From Macrostomum hystrix (lineage: Eukaryota > Animalia > Platyhelminthes): a stretch of DNA of 64,000 nt. Under the pieces are notes generated by a model, which saw nothing but the letters and a program-made list of their open reading frames with translations, was not told where the DNA came from and ran no database searches. The DNA lies in NCBI GenBank assembly GCA_950097015.1, contig CATNEN010000007.1:12152001-12216000 (forward strand), written 5' to 3'. The translations under genes and the position numbers were made by a program. Of the stretch, positions 49,656 through 64,000 are shown in pieces (positions within the stretch are counted from its first letter, which is position 1; the number at the start of each line of letters is the position of its first letter).

Positions 49656-51132
49656 AGCGATCATAAAATGAGATTTGCTGCCAGTGTTTGCAGTTGCCAG
49701 CCTGCCTTCCATCCATCCTCAGCTGCCCCATGCTTCCCACCTCAGCTCAGTTTTGTAGCTTGGATAGCTCTCTATTGCGCAAATTATTGTCTCTGCTTTT
49801 ATTTAATTGCACACTCTACTCACCTTAGAGCTTCTCTGTAAGTAGTCTGTAATGCACATGTGCACCGAGCCATTTAAACCTCAGTTGAGTGTCAGCTTCG
49901 CTTAATGTCCCAAATGAACAAACAGAAGCATTCACGGGGACAATGATTTTGATCACTGCTTCAGCTGCCTGTTATCAGCACCCGACCATGAGCACAGTTT
50001 GCTGCGCTGCCTCCGAAAATTCCCTTGCGTTTTTATTAATCCGATTTTTTCTGTGAGAAGAGCATCATCGGTCCGCTCATTTCATTTTAGTTTTCCGTTT
50101 TTTTCTGTAGCTCTCCGACCAAAGTTTTGCATTTTTCTCCAGCCATTGATCGGTTGCTATCTTTATTAGTGGATTGGTTATACGGCCTGCTTACTTTGTT
50201 GCTGCTAACAATAAATGATTTTTTAATTCAGTTGGTCACTGCTCGTGTCCATCTTGTAAACTACTCAGTGTGATAAACAAAGCTTTGCTATAAAGCTGCA
50301 GGTTCAAGACAATCGATTTTGAATGACCGCAGCATTAATTCACTGTTCCAAGTCAGCAAATACTTTGCCTGCTGCATTAGGCTATTGTCTTCTAACTTAT
50401 TTCTGAGGTTCTTAGGTGGGGCTCTTGGCTTCTGCTTTTCTGTTTGGGAAGCTACGGAGAAAGCTAAGTACATGCTTCTTTCCGAAGCCAAGACGATCGG
50501 AACAAACAGGCAAATTCATTTCGCAAGAAATTCAACGCCGAATGTCGTTTATTGGACCCTAGCTGATTATCCCATTTTTATTTTACGAGTAGAACCAAGC
50601 AGTGTCAGACAAACAAAATAATATCGTTAGTCGACCAAGCAGGCACCTTTAATGTGCTGACCAGTGTAACTAACAGCCTACCTAGAATGGCTGTTATAAT
50701 CGACATGCAGCAACAGCCCCAGCAACTGCAGTTACAGACCTCCAGCCTGCTTTCGTTTACCCCTGCTGCATGTCGCGACCTCCAACGTTGTCATCTCTTC
50801 AGGCATTCAACTTCGGGATCACGTTACTCTGGCCTTGAACTCATTTAGTGAATCATCACGCTTCGCTTGCTTAACTACGCACCGATAATCTTTATTTGTC
50901 TTGTGCTGCTGCTGTCCGCAGTCCGTCGATCTGGCTTGTTCGATTAAAGAAAGAAGGGTGCATTATCACTACCTGCAGCTTGGGCACAATGTGCTCAGAG
51001 AATCGTCTCCCGAGCCAGGCATTCTTTTAGATCTAAGTTAATAGCGCCTTACGCATTGTTAGATGGGGCACACTGACATAAAATCAAGCAAACAATAATA
51101 GTGAGATCAATTTTCTTCTTCTTTCTTCTTCT

Positions 51133-51512
51133 TCTTATATACTAAAAATAAAAATCTTGCTTGCTTGATTGCTTGTTTTATTATATATACTAAAAATGAA
51201 AATATTGTTTGCTTGTATGTTTGCAATCGACTAGCTCCCGAACGGCTTAACTGATTTTCACAATTCCTTCACCAAAAGATCAAAAATGGTCCCGAATCGG
51301 TACACGTATTTTTATTAAGCTTGATTTCATTGCCAAGGGGATTAAATATTCGAAAGAAAGGTTTTAATAGGCTTTTCTAATGCATACTTGTTTTCAGCTT
51401 GTGCACAGTGAGGCTCCAGTGCCAATTTTTATGATAGCATCAGAGCCAGTTTTAATAACGCACTGATAAGAACTAAAGGGAGGCTACCCAGAGGGTAGCG
51501 AAAGCCGGCTAG
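51133..51512 (+). mobile_element. Short non-autonomous Helitron-like element
   Basis: 5' end is (TTC)n-TCTTATATACTAAAAAT followed by TTGC/TTGT microsatellites and AACGGCTTAACTGATTTTCAC. 3' end is the hairpin GCTACCC-AGA-GGGTAGC followed by CCGGCTAG|T. Confidence 0.6.
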
Positions 51513-52601
51513 TGTAATTCTATAGCTTTATGACTAGTTGGTATTCTTATCACGGACGTCGTTTAGTTGCTAAGATACTCAACTATTTTTTAACAGACTA
51601 TTTGGCGCCGATTTAATATATTTGCATTCCTGCTTTTATCAACAATCGACTATTTTAATTAGAGCAAAAATCAAGCGTGATAATTTTATTATCTGATTGA
51701 AACCTGCCATGCTTATATAGTTCTTAGCTGAAAGAAAAATATATTGCCTTTGACTGTCAATAGTTCATTTACGAAAGTTTTGCTCTGAGTAATTATTGAA
51801 TTTGTAATTTACTATAGTAGTTCAGAATTAAGAAAAAAAATTAAATACGTTTTTTATTTTAAAAAATATTATTATTGTTTTTCCTTAGACTTATTTTTTG
51901 AAACGCCAACTGTCGTTACTACAATGAAAATATATTATTTAGATTATAAGCTCGTTTTACTGTATTTGATAGAAGTGTAATTCAACTGTTACTGTCAACT
52001 GTCATTCTAACACTCAAAATGATGAAATAGCAGTTCATCAAAAGTATAATGTTAAACTTTAATTTGTACTTTGTCATTTTTGGAATTTTTAGAGGAACTA
52101 AAAAAGACAAATATTCCTAGGTATGCGCTATGAGCCTATTAGTGTTAGTGCATTTTAGCAGAATTCAACTATAGATCGGAAAATACAATCTCATATTCAT
52201 TTTTACCTTAGATTTTCTTATTGCAGGAAAAATGGACTTAATAACAGCTATTGGCAATATAACTCAAACATATAAAATTGTCTTAGGGCCTACATTAAAT
52301 ATTTGAAGCACATTTCGTTACTTATGGTAAGAATTAAATGCTTAAGATTCTTTTCCTATATACATATTAGGCTGTTTATGTTTTAATTTTTCTTCAAATT
52401 TTGTGGTAAAGATTTCGCTCTATGACTAAAAAAACAATTATAATTGCAGGATGGCTGCGGGCACATCATATGATGACACTAGACCCACAGCCAGAGGCAA
52501 TTATGCCCATTTTGCTGACTCCAGAGCTGACACACATTGCATATACTGTATGCAGGCACACTCATAAAGCCTTCTCTCTGCAGTTGCATACGAAATAAAT
52601 A

Positions 52602-52660
52602 GGATCCTAGACACTTCATCATCTTACAACTTTGTCAACTTTGTTAAGTGTCCAGGTACC
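52602..52660. mobile_element. 59-bp internally deleted copy of the same MITE, opposite orientation
   Basis: Sequence GGATCCTAGACACTTCATCATCTTACAACTTTGT...AAGTGTCCAGGTACC, flanked by AATAAAT on both sides. Confidence 0.75.
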
Positions 52661-52785
52661 AATAAATGTGGCCTCGCTGTGGAATCAAGCTTTGGGACCT
52701 TGGCACGAGAGACAAATAATACATTAACCACTCTGCCACTGACCCCCCTTGTTAAGTTATCTCTGGCTTTTAGACAAAAAGATTA

Positions 52786-52997
52786 AGATGACACACAGAT
52801 TAGATGACACACAGATTAGATGACACACAGATTAGATGACACACAGATTAGATGACACACAGATTAGATGACACACAGATTAGATGACACACAGATTAGA
52901 TGACACACAGATTAGATGACACACAGATTAGATGACACACAGATTAGATGACACACAGATTAGATGACACACAGATTAGATGACACACAGATTAGAT
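52786..52997 (+). repeat. 16-bp perfect array (GATGACACACAGATTA) x13
   Basis: Tandem units read directly. Confidence 0.97.
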
Positions 52998-53425
52998 TTT
53001 GTGTGTTCTATAAAGCTTGAATATCTCTAAGTTCGAATTTAGACTAAAATACAGTGCTAGAATCAAACCTATCTTAGAAAACTTGATAGTTATGACACCA
53101 ATATTCATAATATTGTTTGAACTAGGACATTAACTTTTAACTACAGCAACTATTGACATTTTCGTTGAGATAAAAAGTATAAAAAATCTGTCATTTTCTA
53201 AATCTTTATGTCCTTAAATTTTTAGTAATTTATATTTTTTGCACAAATGAAGTATTGTAAAAAATGTGAATAATTTATTTATTGCCACTTTTGTTTGAAA
53301 ATTAGAATAGAAAAGAATTATATAAGTAGAATTGTTTTCTTAGAAAGAAACTGAGTAAGAAGAAATATTATGCGCACATTTTGTAATTTCAATTTGTGCC
53401 ACCAAAATTTTCCCACAGCTCCACA

Positions 53426-56065
<2,640 letters not shown>

Positions 56066-57240
56066 GAAATGCAGACTTTTCGCTTTGCCGCTTGTTTTCA
56101 GCCTGCACTTTCTCCTGTTTTGCTCAGCTGTTTTGAGGTTTTCACAATTCAAAAGCCAATAAGTCAGAAGCGCACGATTTTCACCCGACTGCCTACTGAA
56201 ATGCGAATATACTACTGCTCAGACAAGTAGCACATTCATAAAAGTGATGGATAGGAAACATAGATTAGCCTCTGTAAACTTTTATTAATCTTTTTACAGT
56301 TTTGAGACTCTTATTATTAACAATTCGGTTGTGGCCACTTATAGTAGTGTAATTCGAGTGTTTTATCGCAGCTGATCAGTGCATTCTAGGCTCTGTTCTT
56401 GTGAGCTGTTATAGCTTGCGAATTAAGGAATTTATTTGAATTTCCAGTTAGAACTTCAGCTTTTTCGAACTGGTGCTTTGAGATCGCAGTGCAGAAAAGC
56501 TGATGCAGTCTGCTCGCAATTTGTTTAGTAGTGAAAGAGTTCGCTTATACTTACTGCTGCGCGTAACGCTTCGATAAAACTTTGGCTAAAGCGCCTACAG
56601 CTGCTTTTCCGAGTGGGTTTGGTGCGAGATGGAATTTTTTATCTCTGAATCACTGATCAATTTATGGGCTGGGACCCTCTGGTCCCTCAAAAAATGGACT
56701 GTAACCCCCCTGGTCCTTTAACAAGTTGGCTTTTACCGCCTGGTCTTTCAACAAGTGGGCTGTGACCCCCGTGGGGAGGTCATTCACCCAAGGATTGCAA
56801 GTCCTTCAGTTAGTTGGCTGCGATCTCTTATATTTATTAATGTCTCTAAAAATAAATTATTGCAACACCAGGCACTGTTTTTTACTTTTTTCTCGTATCG
56901 CAATAATCTACTGAGCAATAAGTACTACTTTCCAGCAGTAGCTTAGCATGTGCGTTTACTTCAGCTGCGTGTTTCATGGAGTCCATGCTCGTGCTGTTGT
57001 AGTTGTAGTTCTAGTTTCTAGGAAAGTTCTGTCCAACGCTTAAAATACGAGTATATCAGAAAGCAACACATGATAAAAATGAGGTTAATTAGTAGGTGAT
57101 TTTCGGATTTTTTGTTTTGATAACCTCCCAATTTTTTTACTATTTCTATTAAACTGTTAGATCTATTACGAGCTATTACGCAGTCTTGGCGCCAATTCAA
57201 AAGTGCCATTCCTCCAGTTGCTTCATATAAGGAAATCTAA

Positions 57241-57372
<132 letters not shown>

Positions 57373-57938
57373 GTCGGACTCGAACTTCGGACCAGCTGTG
57401 CGGACTTTGCCACATTTTGTTTGTTATACATTCCTGCGAGTCTCCACATGCTTATCTTGTTATTCGTCCCATTCGACTAGTCTGTTTATTCTAAGCGAAC
57501 TTTTTTTAATTCGTTGTTTTCTTCAGCAAATTTTCTATCCTTCTGAGTTATTTGTACTGTAGCAGCATTTTGATTTCTCGCATACTTTTGAATGCAGTGC
57601 AATAATTGAATTGTGGTCCGAATCTCTGGATTCAGTTCAGCCTTCGCAGTGGACTGGTGTATGTGCAATGAATATGTATGGACCAATCACATCACTCTCC
57701 ACAGGTTTAATTTGATTTCACTTCCTGCCCTCCCGCCTGCCAGTGTCCACGCTTACTGGCCCTGCCCTGATTGGGTCATCATGTGCCCCGTCTGCAGCTG
57801 CAGTTCCCTCTGTCTCGCCCTGCCCCCCTGCATTCCTTTTTTGTTATTGAATTTTTTCGTAATTTTGCTGTGCGCGATATTTGTACTTTTGCTGCTAAGT
57901 AATTCTGATGATGAGCTGTTGATCATCGCTTCGGTGAC

Positions 57939-58417
57939 TTGCTAGTCTATTCACCCAAGGATTGCTAGTCTATTCACCCAAGGATTGCTAGTCTATTCAC
58001 CCAAGGATTGCTAGTCTATTCACCCAAGGATTGCTAGTCTATTCACCCAAGGATTGCTAGTCTATTCACCCAAGGATTGCTAGTCTATTCACCCAAGGAT
58101 TGCTAGTCTATTCACCCAAGGATTGCTAGTCTATTCACCCAAGGATTGCTAGTCCATTCACCCAAGGATTGCCAGTCTATTCACCCAAGGATTGCCAGTC
58201 TATTTACCCAAGGATTGCCAGTCTATTTACCCAAGGATTGCTAGTCTATTCACCCAAGGATTGCTAGTCTATTTACCCAAGGATTGCTAGTCTATTCACC
58301 CAAGGATTGCTAGTCTATTCACCCAAGGATTGCCAGTCTATTCACCCAAGGATTGCCAGTTTATTTACCCAAGGATTGCTAGTCTATTCACCAAAGGATT
58401 GCCAGTCTATTCACCCG
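57939..58417 (+). repeat. 23-bp minisatellite (TTGCTAGTCTATTCACCCAAGGA) x~21
   Basis: Tandem units read directly. Confidence 0.97.
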
Positions 58418-59105
58418 TGAACTGCTAGCCGAGTCCAGAATAGCCAGAACCAGTTCAGTCAGTTTACATGAATCAGTTCGCACAATTTTAGCCTGCGCAG
58501 TGCGCCTCGCTACATCTGAAACAGGCAGAATATCTCTATTGATGTGGCCTGCCCGCTGTTGCAACTCCCAATATGTTTTACAATTATATTCCTTCTTTGG
58601 TTGCAATAAGTATACAAACACTTTTTATCAATGCCTGCTATTATAGATATCGGTTAACCAGTTGATGATCTCTCGAAAATAAATGTGGCTGAGTTTGCCA
58701 GGCAAATTCAAGGCTTGCTGTTTAAGAAATTAAAACGACTCACACTTCAATTTTCGACTTTTCTCCTCCGTTGATAGAACAGTCAACACAAATCAAACTA
58801 ATCTGTATATTTATTATGACTATTTGCTGTTTGGTCTACTTGTCCAGTAGTATAATAGGCAAAGCAGCTTCGTAATATTGAAAATGATATTATCAGTGCT
58901 TTAATTACTTGTATTAGCTATTAGTGAGGGATACACGGGATGGCCAGCAATGCTTGTGAAAGTTCGCTAACCTACTCAATGCTGGTGAGCCAAGCGACTG
59001 CTTTGTATGCTCATTGTGCGACTGTTGTTGGGCTGAACTCTGACTAAAATGTATCATGCAGAATGGGATTGCCTAGACCGGACTGAGGGATACTGAGAGA
59101 CTGAG

Positions 59106-59541
59106 GACACCCCAGACAGTTCACTGCAGACACCCCAGACAGTTCACTGCAGACACCCCAGACAGATCACTGCAGACACCCCAGACAGTTCACTGCAGAC
59201 ACCCCAGACAGTTCACTGAAGACACCCCAGACAGTTCACTGAAGACACCCCAGACAGTTCACTGCAGACACCCCAGACAGTTCACTGCAGACACCCCAGA
59301 CAGATCACTGAAGACATCCCAGACAGATCACTGAAGACACCCCAGACAGTTCACTGCAGACACCCCAGACAGATCACTGAAGACACCCCAGACAGATCAC
59401 TGAAGACATCCCAGACAGATCACTGAAGACACCCCAGACAGATCACTGAAGACACCCCAGACAGATCACTGAAGACATCCCAGACAGATCACTGAAGACA
59501 CCCCAGACAGATCACTGAAGACATCCCAGACAGATCACTGA
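59106..59541 (+). repeat. 23-bp minisatellite (GACACCCCAGACAG(T/A)TCACTG(C/A)A) x19, ~100 bp downstream of the VGAT stop
   Basis: Tandem units read directly. Confidence 0.97.
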
Positions 59542-59636
59542 CAAAGCAATGCAGAGCACTAAGCTGCTGTGTTATTCAAATCAAGCAGGCAATCAGCAGG
59601 TGTGACAGGTCCGAGTCCGCACGCCAGCCCAGCAGC

Positions 59637-62600
59637 TCAGGCATGGGCGGACACGAAGGGGATGCTGGAGTTGGTGGGCTGCTCGCCGGTCATTCGGCGG
59701 TGCAGGGCCCAGCCGCTGAAGAACATGCCGATGCTGCCGCACAGCAGGCCCATGGCGATAATGCAGAGGTCGAACAGGCGGGTGTAGGCCGGGCTGCTGT
59801 GCCGCTTCAGCACCAGGTGGAAGTAGGCGGGCCACACGAAGGACAGCATCGTGCCGGTGAAGCTGCCGATGAGGCCGCAAAGCAGGGCGAAGTGCGGCAC
59901 GGTGATGGCCACCACGTAGGTGAACAGGACCAGCAGGGCGCGGGGCAGCACCGCCCAGCGCTTGAATTCTCGCTTCTCATTCCAGCAGCTGGGCAGCGGC
60001 CGGCCCGTGAACAGGCTGTTTTCTAAGAAATTGGCGGCCGCAAAGTAGGGCAGCGGATAGGAGAACAGGGCCTTCAGCGCCAGAGCGATGTTCACGGACA
60101 CTTTCAGAGGCACATTCACCAGGTTGTTCGTGATCTCCTCCTTGGTGCTCTCGGCGAAGGTCACGAAGCCGATGTAGCCGAAGAGGGCCTTGAAGATGGC
60201 GGACAGCAGGTGGGTCCAGTTCATCATGCAGGCGAAGCGGCTCTTGTCCACCAGGCTGCCCTCCAGGGTCGGCAGGAAGATGTGCGACGTGTAGGAGAAG
60301 ACGATGATGCCCAGCGAGATAGGGAACGTGTAGATGTCGATGTGGAATTGCACCTGCGCGGGTGCGGGGGGAGACTCAGTATTCCGAGAAATCCACAGAT
60401 AATCCGGGAGTCATTCGGAGATAATCCGCAAATACTCCACAGAATAACATACATATGAAAATTAGCTATTGCTCAGATATTCACACACAATCAAGAAAAC
60501 CACGGAAAATCCACGGAAAATCCAAAGATAGCGCACAGATAATTCACAGTGAAATCGAAAAAATGTTTTACCTTGGCTGGCTGCCACTCGGCGGTCCGGG
60601 TGAGGCAGTACACGATGATGATGCTGTTGATGATGACGTGGGTGACCGTGTTCCAGAACGAGATGAGGCTTACGTGACGCAGCGAGGTGAGCACAGCGCA
60701 GGGCAGGAGGCAGAAGAAGCTGACGGTGACCCAGAAGGTGGTGCTGAGGCCGGCGTAGGGGAAGCAGCCCTCCAGGAGGTCGCCGCAGAGCACCAGGTAG
60801 AGAATGCAGGTCATCAGCGCTTCGGTGATGGCGGCGGCATTCACCACCTGTCCGCCCAGTTGGCCGCGGAACACCAACTCGGCGATCTCGCGGTAGCTGC
60901 CGCGGACGCGCACGCCGTTCTCGTACAGGCAGTCAACCAGCACGCGGCCCGTGTAGCAGCAGACGAAGGCCACGAACACGATGCCCAGGACGGACCAGTA
61001 GCCGCCGTGCATCACCGCGTACGGCAGGCTCACCAGGAACATTCCCTGCGGCACAGGGGAATCGGGCTGAGGTGTGCCTTCAAGCCTTCCTTCCAGCTCT
61101 TCCCTTCCAGCTCTCCCCTTCCAGCCTTCCCTTCCAGCCCTCATCTTCCAGCTCTCCTCTTCCAGCTCTCCCCTTCCAGCCTTCCCTTCCAGCCCTCATC
61201 TTGCAGCTCTCCTCTTCCAGCTCTCCCCTTCCAGCCTTCCCTTCTAGCCCTCATCTTCCAGCTCTCCTCTTCCAGCTCTTCCATTCCAGCTCTCCTTTTC
61301 CAGCTCTCATTTTCCAGCTCTTCCCTTCCAGCTTTTCTCTTCCATCTCTTACCTTCCAGCTCTCCCCTTCCAGCCTTCCCTTCCAGCTCTCCTCTTCCAG
61401 CTCTTCCATTCCATCCCTCCTCTTCCAACTCTCCCCTTCCAGCTCTCATTTTCCAGCTCTCCCTTCCAGCTCTCCCCTTCCAACTCTCTCCTTCCATCCC
61501 TCTTCTTCCAGCTCTCCCCTTTCAGCTCTCCCCTTCCAGCTCTTCTCTTCCAGCTCTCCAGCTCTCCCTGGACTCTGCCTCGCAGGTCTGGCCCAGGCCC
61601 GGCTTGCCCTGATCAGTAAAGAAGCTCGGCTCTGAGCCCCAGCTTCGAATCCCAGGCTGCCCGCATTCTCAGCGGAAGAAAAGCTTCACCAGACGATTCG
61701 TCACCGGCCGGCCCATCAATCTCGACTCCCGAATAGCAACGGACGACGCCTGGATTCTTAGAAACAGAGAGCAGAGAGCAGAGGGACGACTGCCTCTGCC
61801 CGATAAAGAGGCTTGGAGACATAAGTGGCTTTCGGCCAGGGAGCTGGAGGGCCCCGCCCCACCGCATCCAATGAGCTGCCAGCCGATGATCGATGGGGAC
61901 ATCGGCAGCCTCCTCACACTTGCTCTATTATCCCCCGGCTATCTCTGACGGGGGCCCGGGCTTAATCCCCTCACTTCGCCTCCCAATCTGTCCGTCTCGG
62001 CCGCCCCAACCTGGTCCGAACCTGCGGCGCCTCCGAGCGTGGCGATGGGCGCTGGAAACGAGGCCAATTTTTGCCACCTGCCCGTCCAGCAGCTGCTTGA
62101 AGCTGCGGAGCCTCCCCCAGCCGCTTGGGAGATTTATCCCCTTCTCTACTGCGTCTGACCGGGCTCGAATCCCATTCCCTCTTCACCAGGGCATCCCTTA
62201 GGCTTGCCAGCTCCCCCCTTTAGACTCCGGGATTCTAATTGAAAGTAATGATTGATAAATCAATCCCCATAGGAATGCGACCGAGCCCGCTGCCCCCCGA
62301 TCCCCGAGGACAGCGCGGGCGGGGATAAATAGGAGCAGGAATGATTCTCGGCTGGAAAAGGGGAAGATAAAGGGAAATAAAGTCGGGCGGGGAGTCCGCG
62401 GTTCTCCAGCCCGCTAGAAACAAAGCTCGGCCCACAGCAGGTGGCGCTGGGCCGGCCGGGTTCTCAGTGCGCCGATCCCAGCCCGGGGCGTGAACTCCGG
62501 CCTAACATGCATTTTGTCCCTCTCGCTTGTTGGGAATCGGCCTGAAGTGTTTGCCAGTCCCAGGAAATGGGGATCCAGAAGGGGGCAGAGGCGCGGGAGT

Positions 62601-63566
62601 TGGGCTGCTCAGGCTGCCAATTTCTTTGGCTCGAGAACTAGAAAGTTGGCAGCCTCAAGGGCCCCCGCAGGACACGCAGGAAATGCAGAGAAGCCCGCGC
62701 GCCGCCAAATCACGCGAAGCCGCCATCAGCGGCAGAAATTCATTTCGATGCCCCACCCCGCCTGAGACTGTGGGTTACTGGGATGATGGGGCAGCCCCGT
62801 CTGCGATCAGGGAAGCCGCAACACGCTTTGCCACGATCGCACCTCGCCTGCATTATTAATCGCCAGTTTGCGGGGCCTTAAACTGCTCCGCCGGCGCCTC
62901 TGAGCACCTGAGCTGCCCCGGCGCTGCATTTTTATGAGCCATCAGCCTTGCCTGACACTTTCCAGGGCTGCTCTGGTCTCTCGGGGCGTTTCACTCATTC
63001 TGCAAGATGCTGAGATAAGTTAGCTCAGCTTAGAAAAGTAATTAGATTTGTTTAAATCCCCACTTTAACTGTGAAACTCACGGCTACTAACTCAGCCCAC
63101 CTTCGGATCTGCAAGCTTTGGGACTTTGGGATATTTTGTTACATTGGTGACATTCCAGCTCAGGGCTGCCTACCTGGATGGCATTGGTGACATTCCAGCT
63201 TAGGGCTGCCTACCTGGATGGCATTGGTGACATTCCAGCTCAGGGCTGCCTACCTGGATGGCATTGGTGACATTCCAGCTCAGGGCTGCCTACCTGGATG
63301 GCATTGGTGACATTCCAGCCGGCCTGCCACTCATTGATCTGGTCTCGCCCGCTGCCTGCGGTGAACTCCTCGCCTTCGCCGATCCCGGCTCGACCTTCCG
63401 CGCCGTCGTCCGCCTCTTCGACAAATCGATGAAAGCCCTGAAGGCTCTCCGCTCCGTCGCCACAGTTGCCACCGCCGTCGCTGTAGCCGTCGTGCGGCAG
63501 TTTCGGTTTTGCGAGGAAGGTGCGCAGGCTGCGCTGCGGCAAGCTGTGGGAGCCGGATCCGCTCAT
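59637..63566 (-). CDS. SLC32A1: Vesicular inhibitory amino acid (GABA) transporter VGAT/VIAAT (SLC32A1/unc-47); 3 coding exons, ~487 aa
   Basis: Exons 63566-63294, 61045-60572 and 60353-59637, phase 0. Motifs EWQAGWNVTNAIQGMF.VSLPYAV.HGGY, CCYTG..LV.CLYE, LMTCILYLVLCGDL, FPISLG.IVFSYTSHIFLPTLEG, KALFSYPLPYFAA, PHFA.L.GLIGSFTGTMLSFVWP.YFHL. The ATG is taken at MSGSGS; the frame is also open further upstream. Confidence 0.95.
61078..61568 (+). repeat. Pyrimidine-rich degenerate ~14-bp repeat (CTTCCAGCTCTCCC) in VGAT intron 1
   Basis: Diverged tandem units. Confidence 0.93.
63142..63319 (+). repeat. 40-bp repeat x4.45 that duplicates the VGAT exon 1 end and its splice donor
   Basis: Minus-strand unit GCTGGAATGTCACCAATGCCATCCAG|GTAGGCAGCCCTGA. 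Confidence 0.97.
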
Positions 63567-64000
63567 GGCCGCTCTACGTTTCGGGCTGCTGAACGGGTGC
63601 CAAGCGAGGCCCCAGCTCAGCCTCTTATCGCCGCGCGCCACCTCAACCCTCGGCCAATCCCCGCGCGCCCTCGCCGCGGGCTCAATTCGCCCACATGCTT
63701 AGGGCAGCTCAGAAAACTTCTTCAATGTAAAGAAATCGTCCCAGCTACCCCTCACCCCAGGGCAGCCCGTTGATCCCTCGCCCATCCGCAAATGCGGTTC
63801 CCATGTTGCCAGCCGGGCAGCTGTCGCGAGTCCCGCAGTCTCAGGAGCCTCAGCTTGGTGGCCGGGCAAGTCTCAACAGAGAATCACTATCTGCCTTTAC
63901 TTCTCCTGAGAAGCAAAAGTGTTGCTCAACCTTTCGTGCTGCAAGGATCATATTCACTGAGCACCCACTGGGGCAGTTGTACCCTGAGAAGCAAAAGTGT

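Overview
This is eukaryotic (animal) genomic DNA, with GC-rich GT-AG exons separated by AT-rich spacers and about 35 different tandem-repeat arrays. That architecture resembles the flatworm Macrostomum lignano (inference only). Five spliced genes can be rebuilt in frame: DMAP1 (+, 892-3137), an FMRFamide-receptor-like GPCR (-, 8854-11469), a PTP99A/PTPRG-type receptor tyrosine phosphatase (+, ~38283-49365, 16 exons), a calcyphosin-like EF-hand gene with two duplicated alternative last exons (+, 53426-56065/57372) and the vesicular GABA transporter VGAT/unc-47 (-, 59637-63566). There is also a small secreted PAN/apple-like gene and a broken PAN + C-type-lectin gene. Mobile elements include two Helitron-like elements, a TIR MITE with a 9-bp TSD and its 59-bp derivative, a mariner fossil and two head-to-head tRNA-derived SINEs. 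The most striking pattern is that arbitrary local sequence (an exon/splice-donor junction, a lectin N-terminal coding region, a SINE core) has been amplified in place into homogeneous private arrays, and most long introns carry their own array. Most very long ORFs in the ORF track are artefacts of these arrays.
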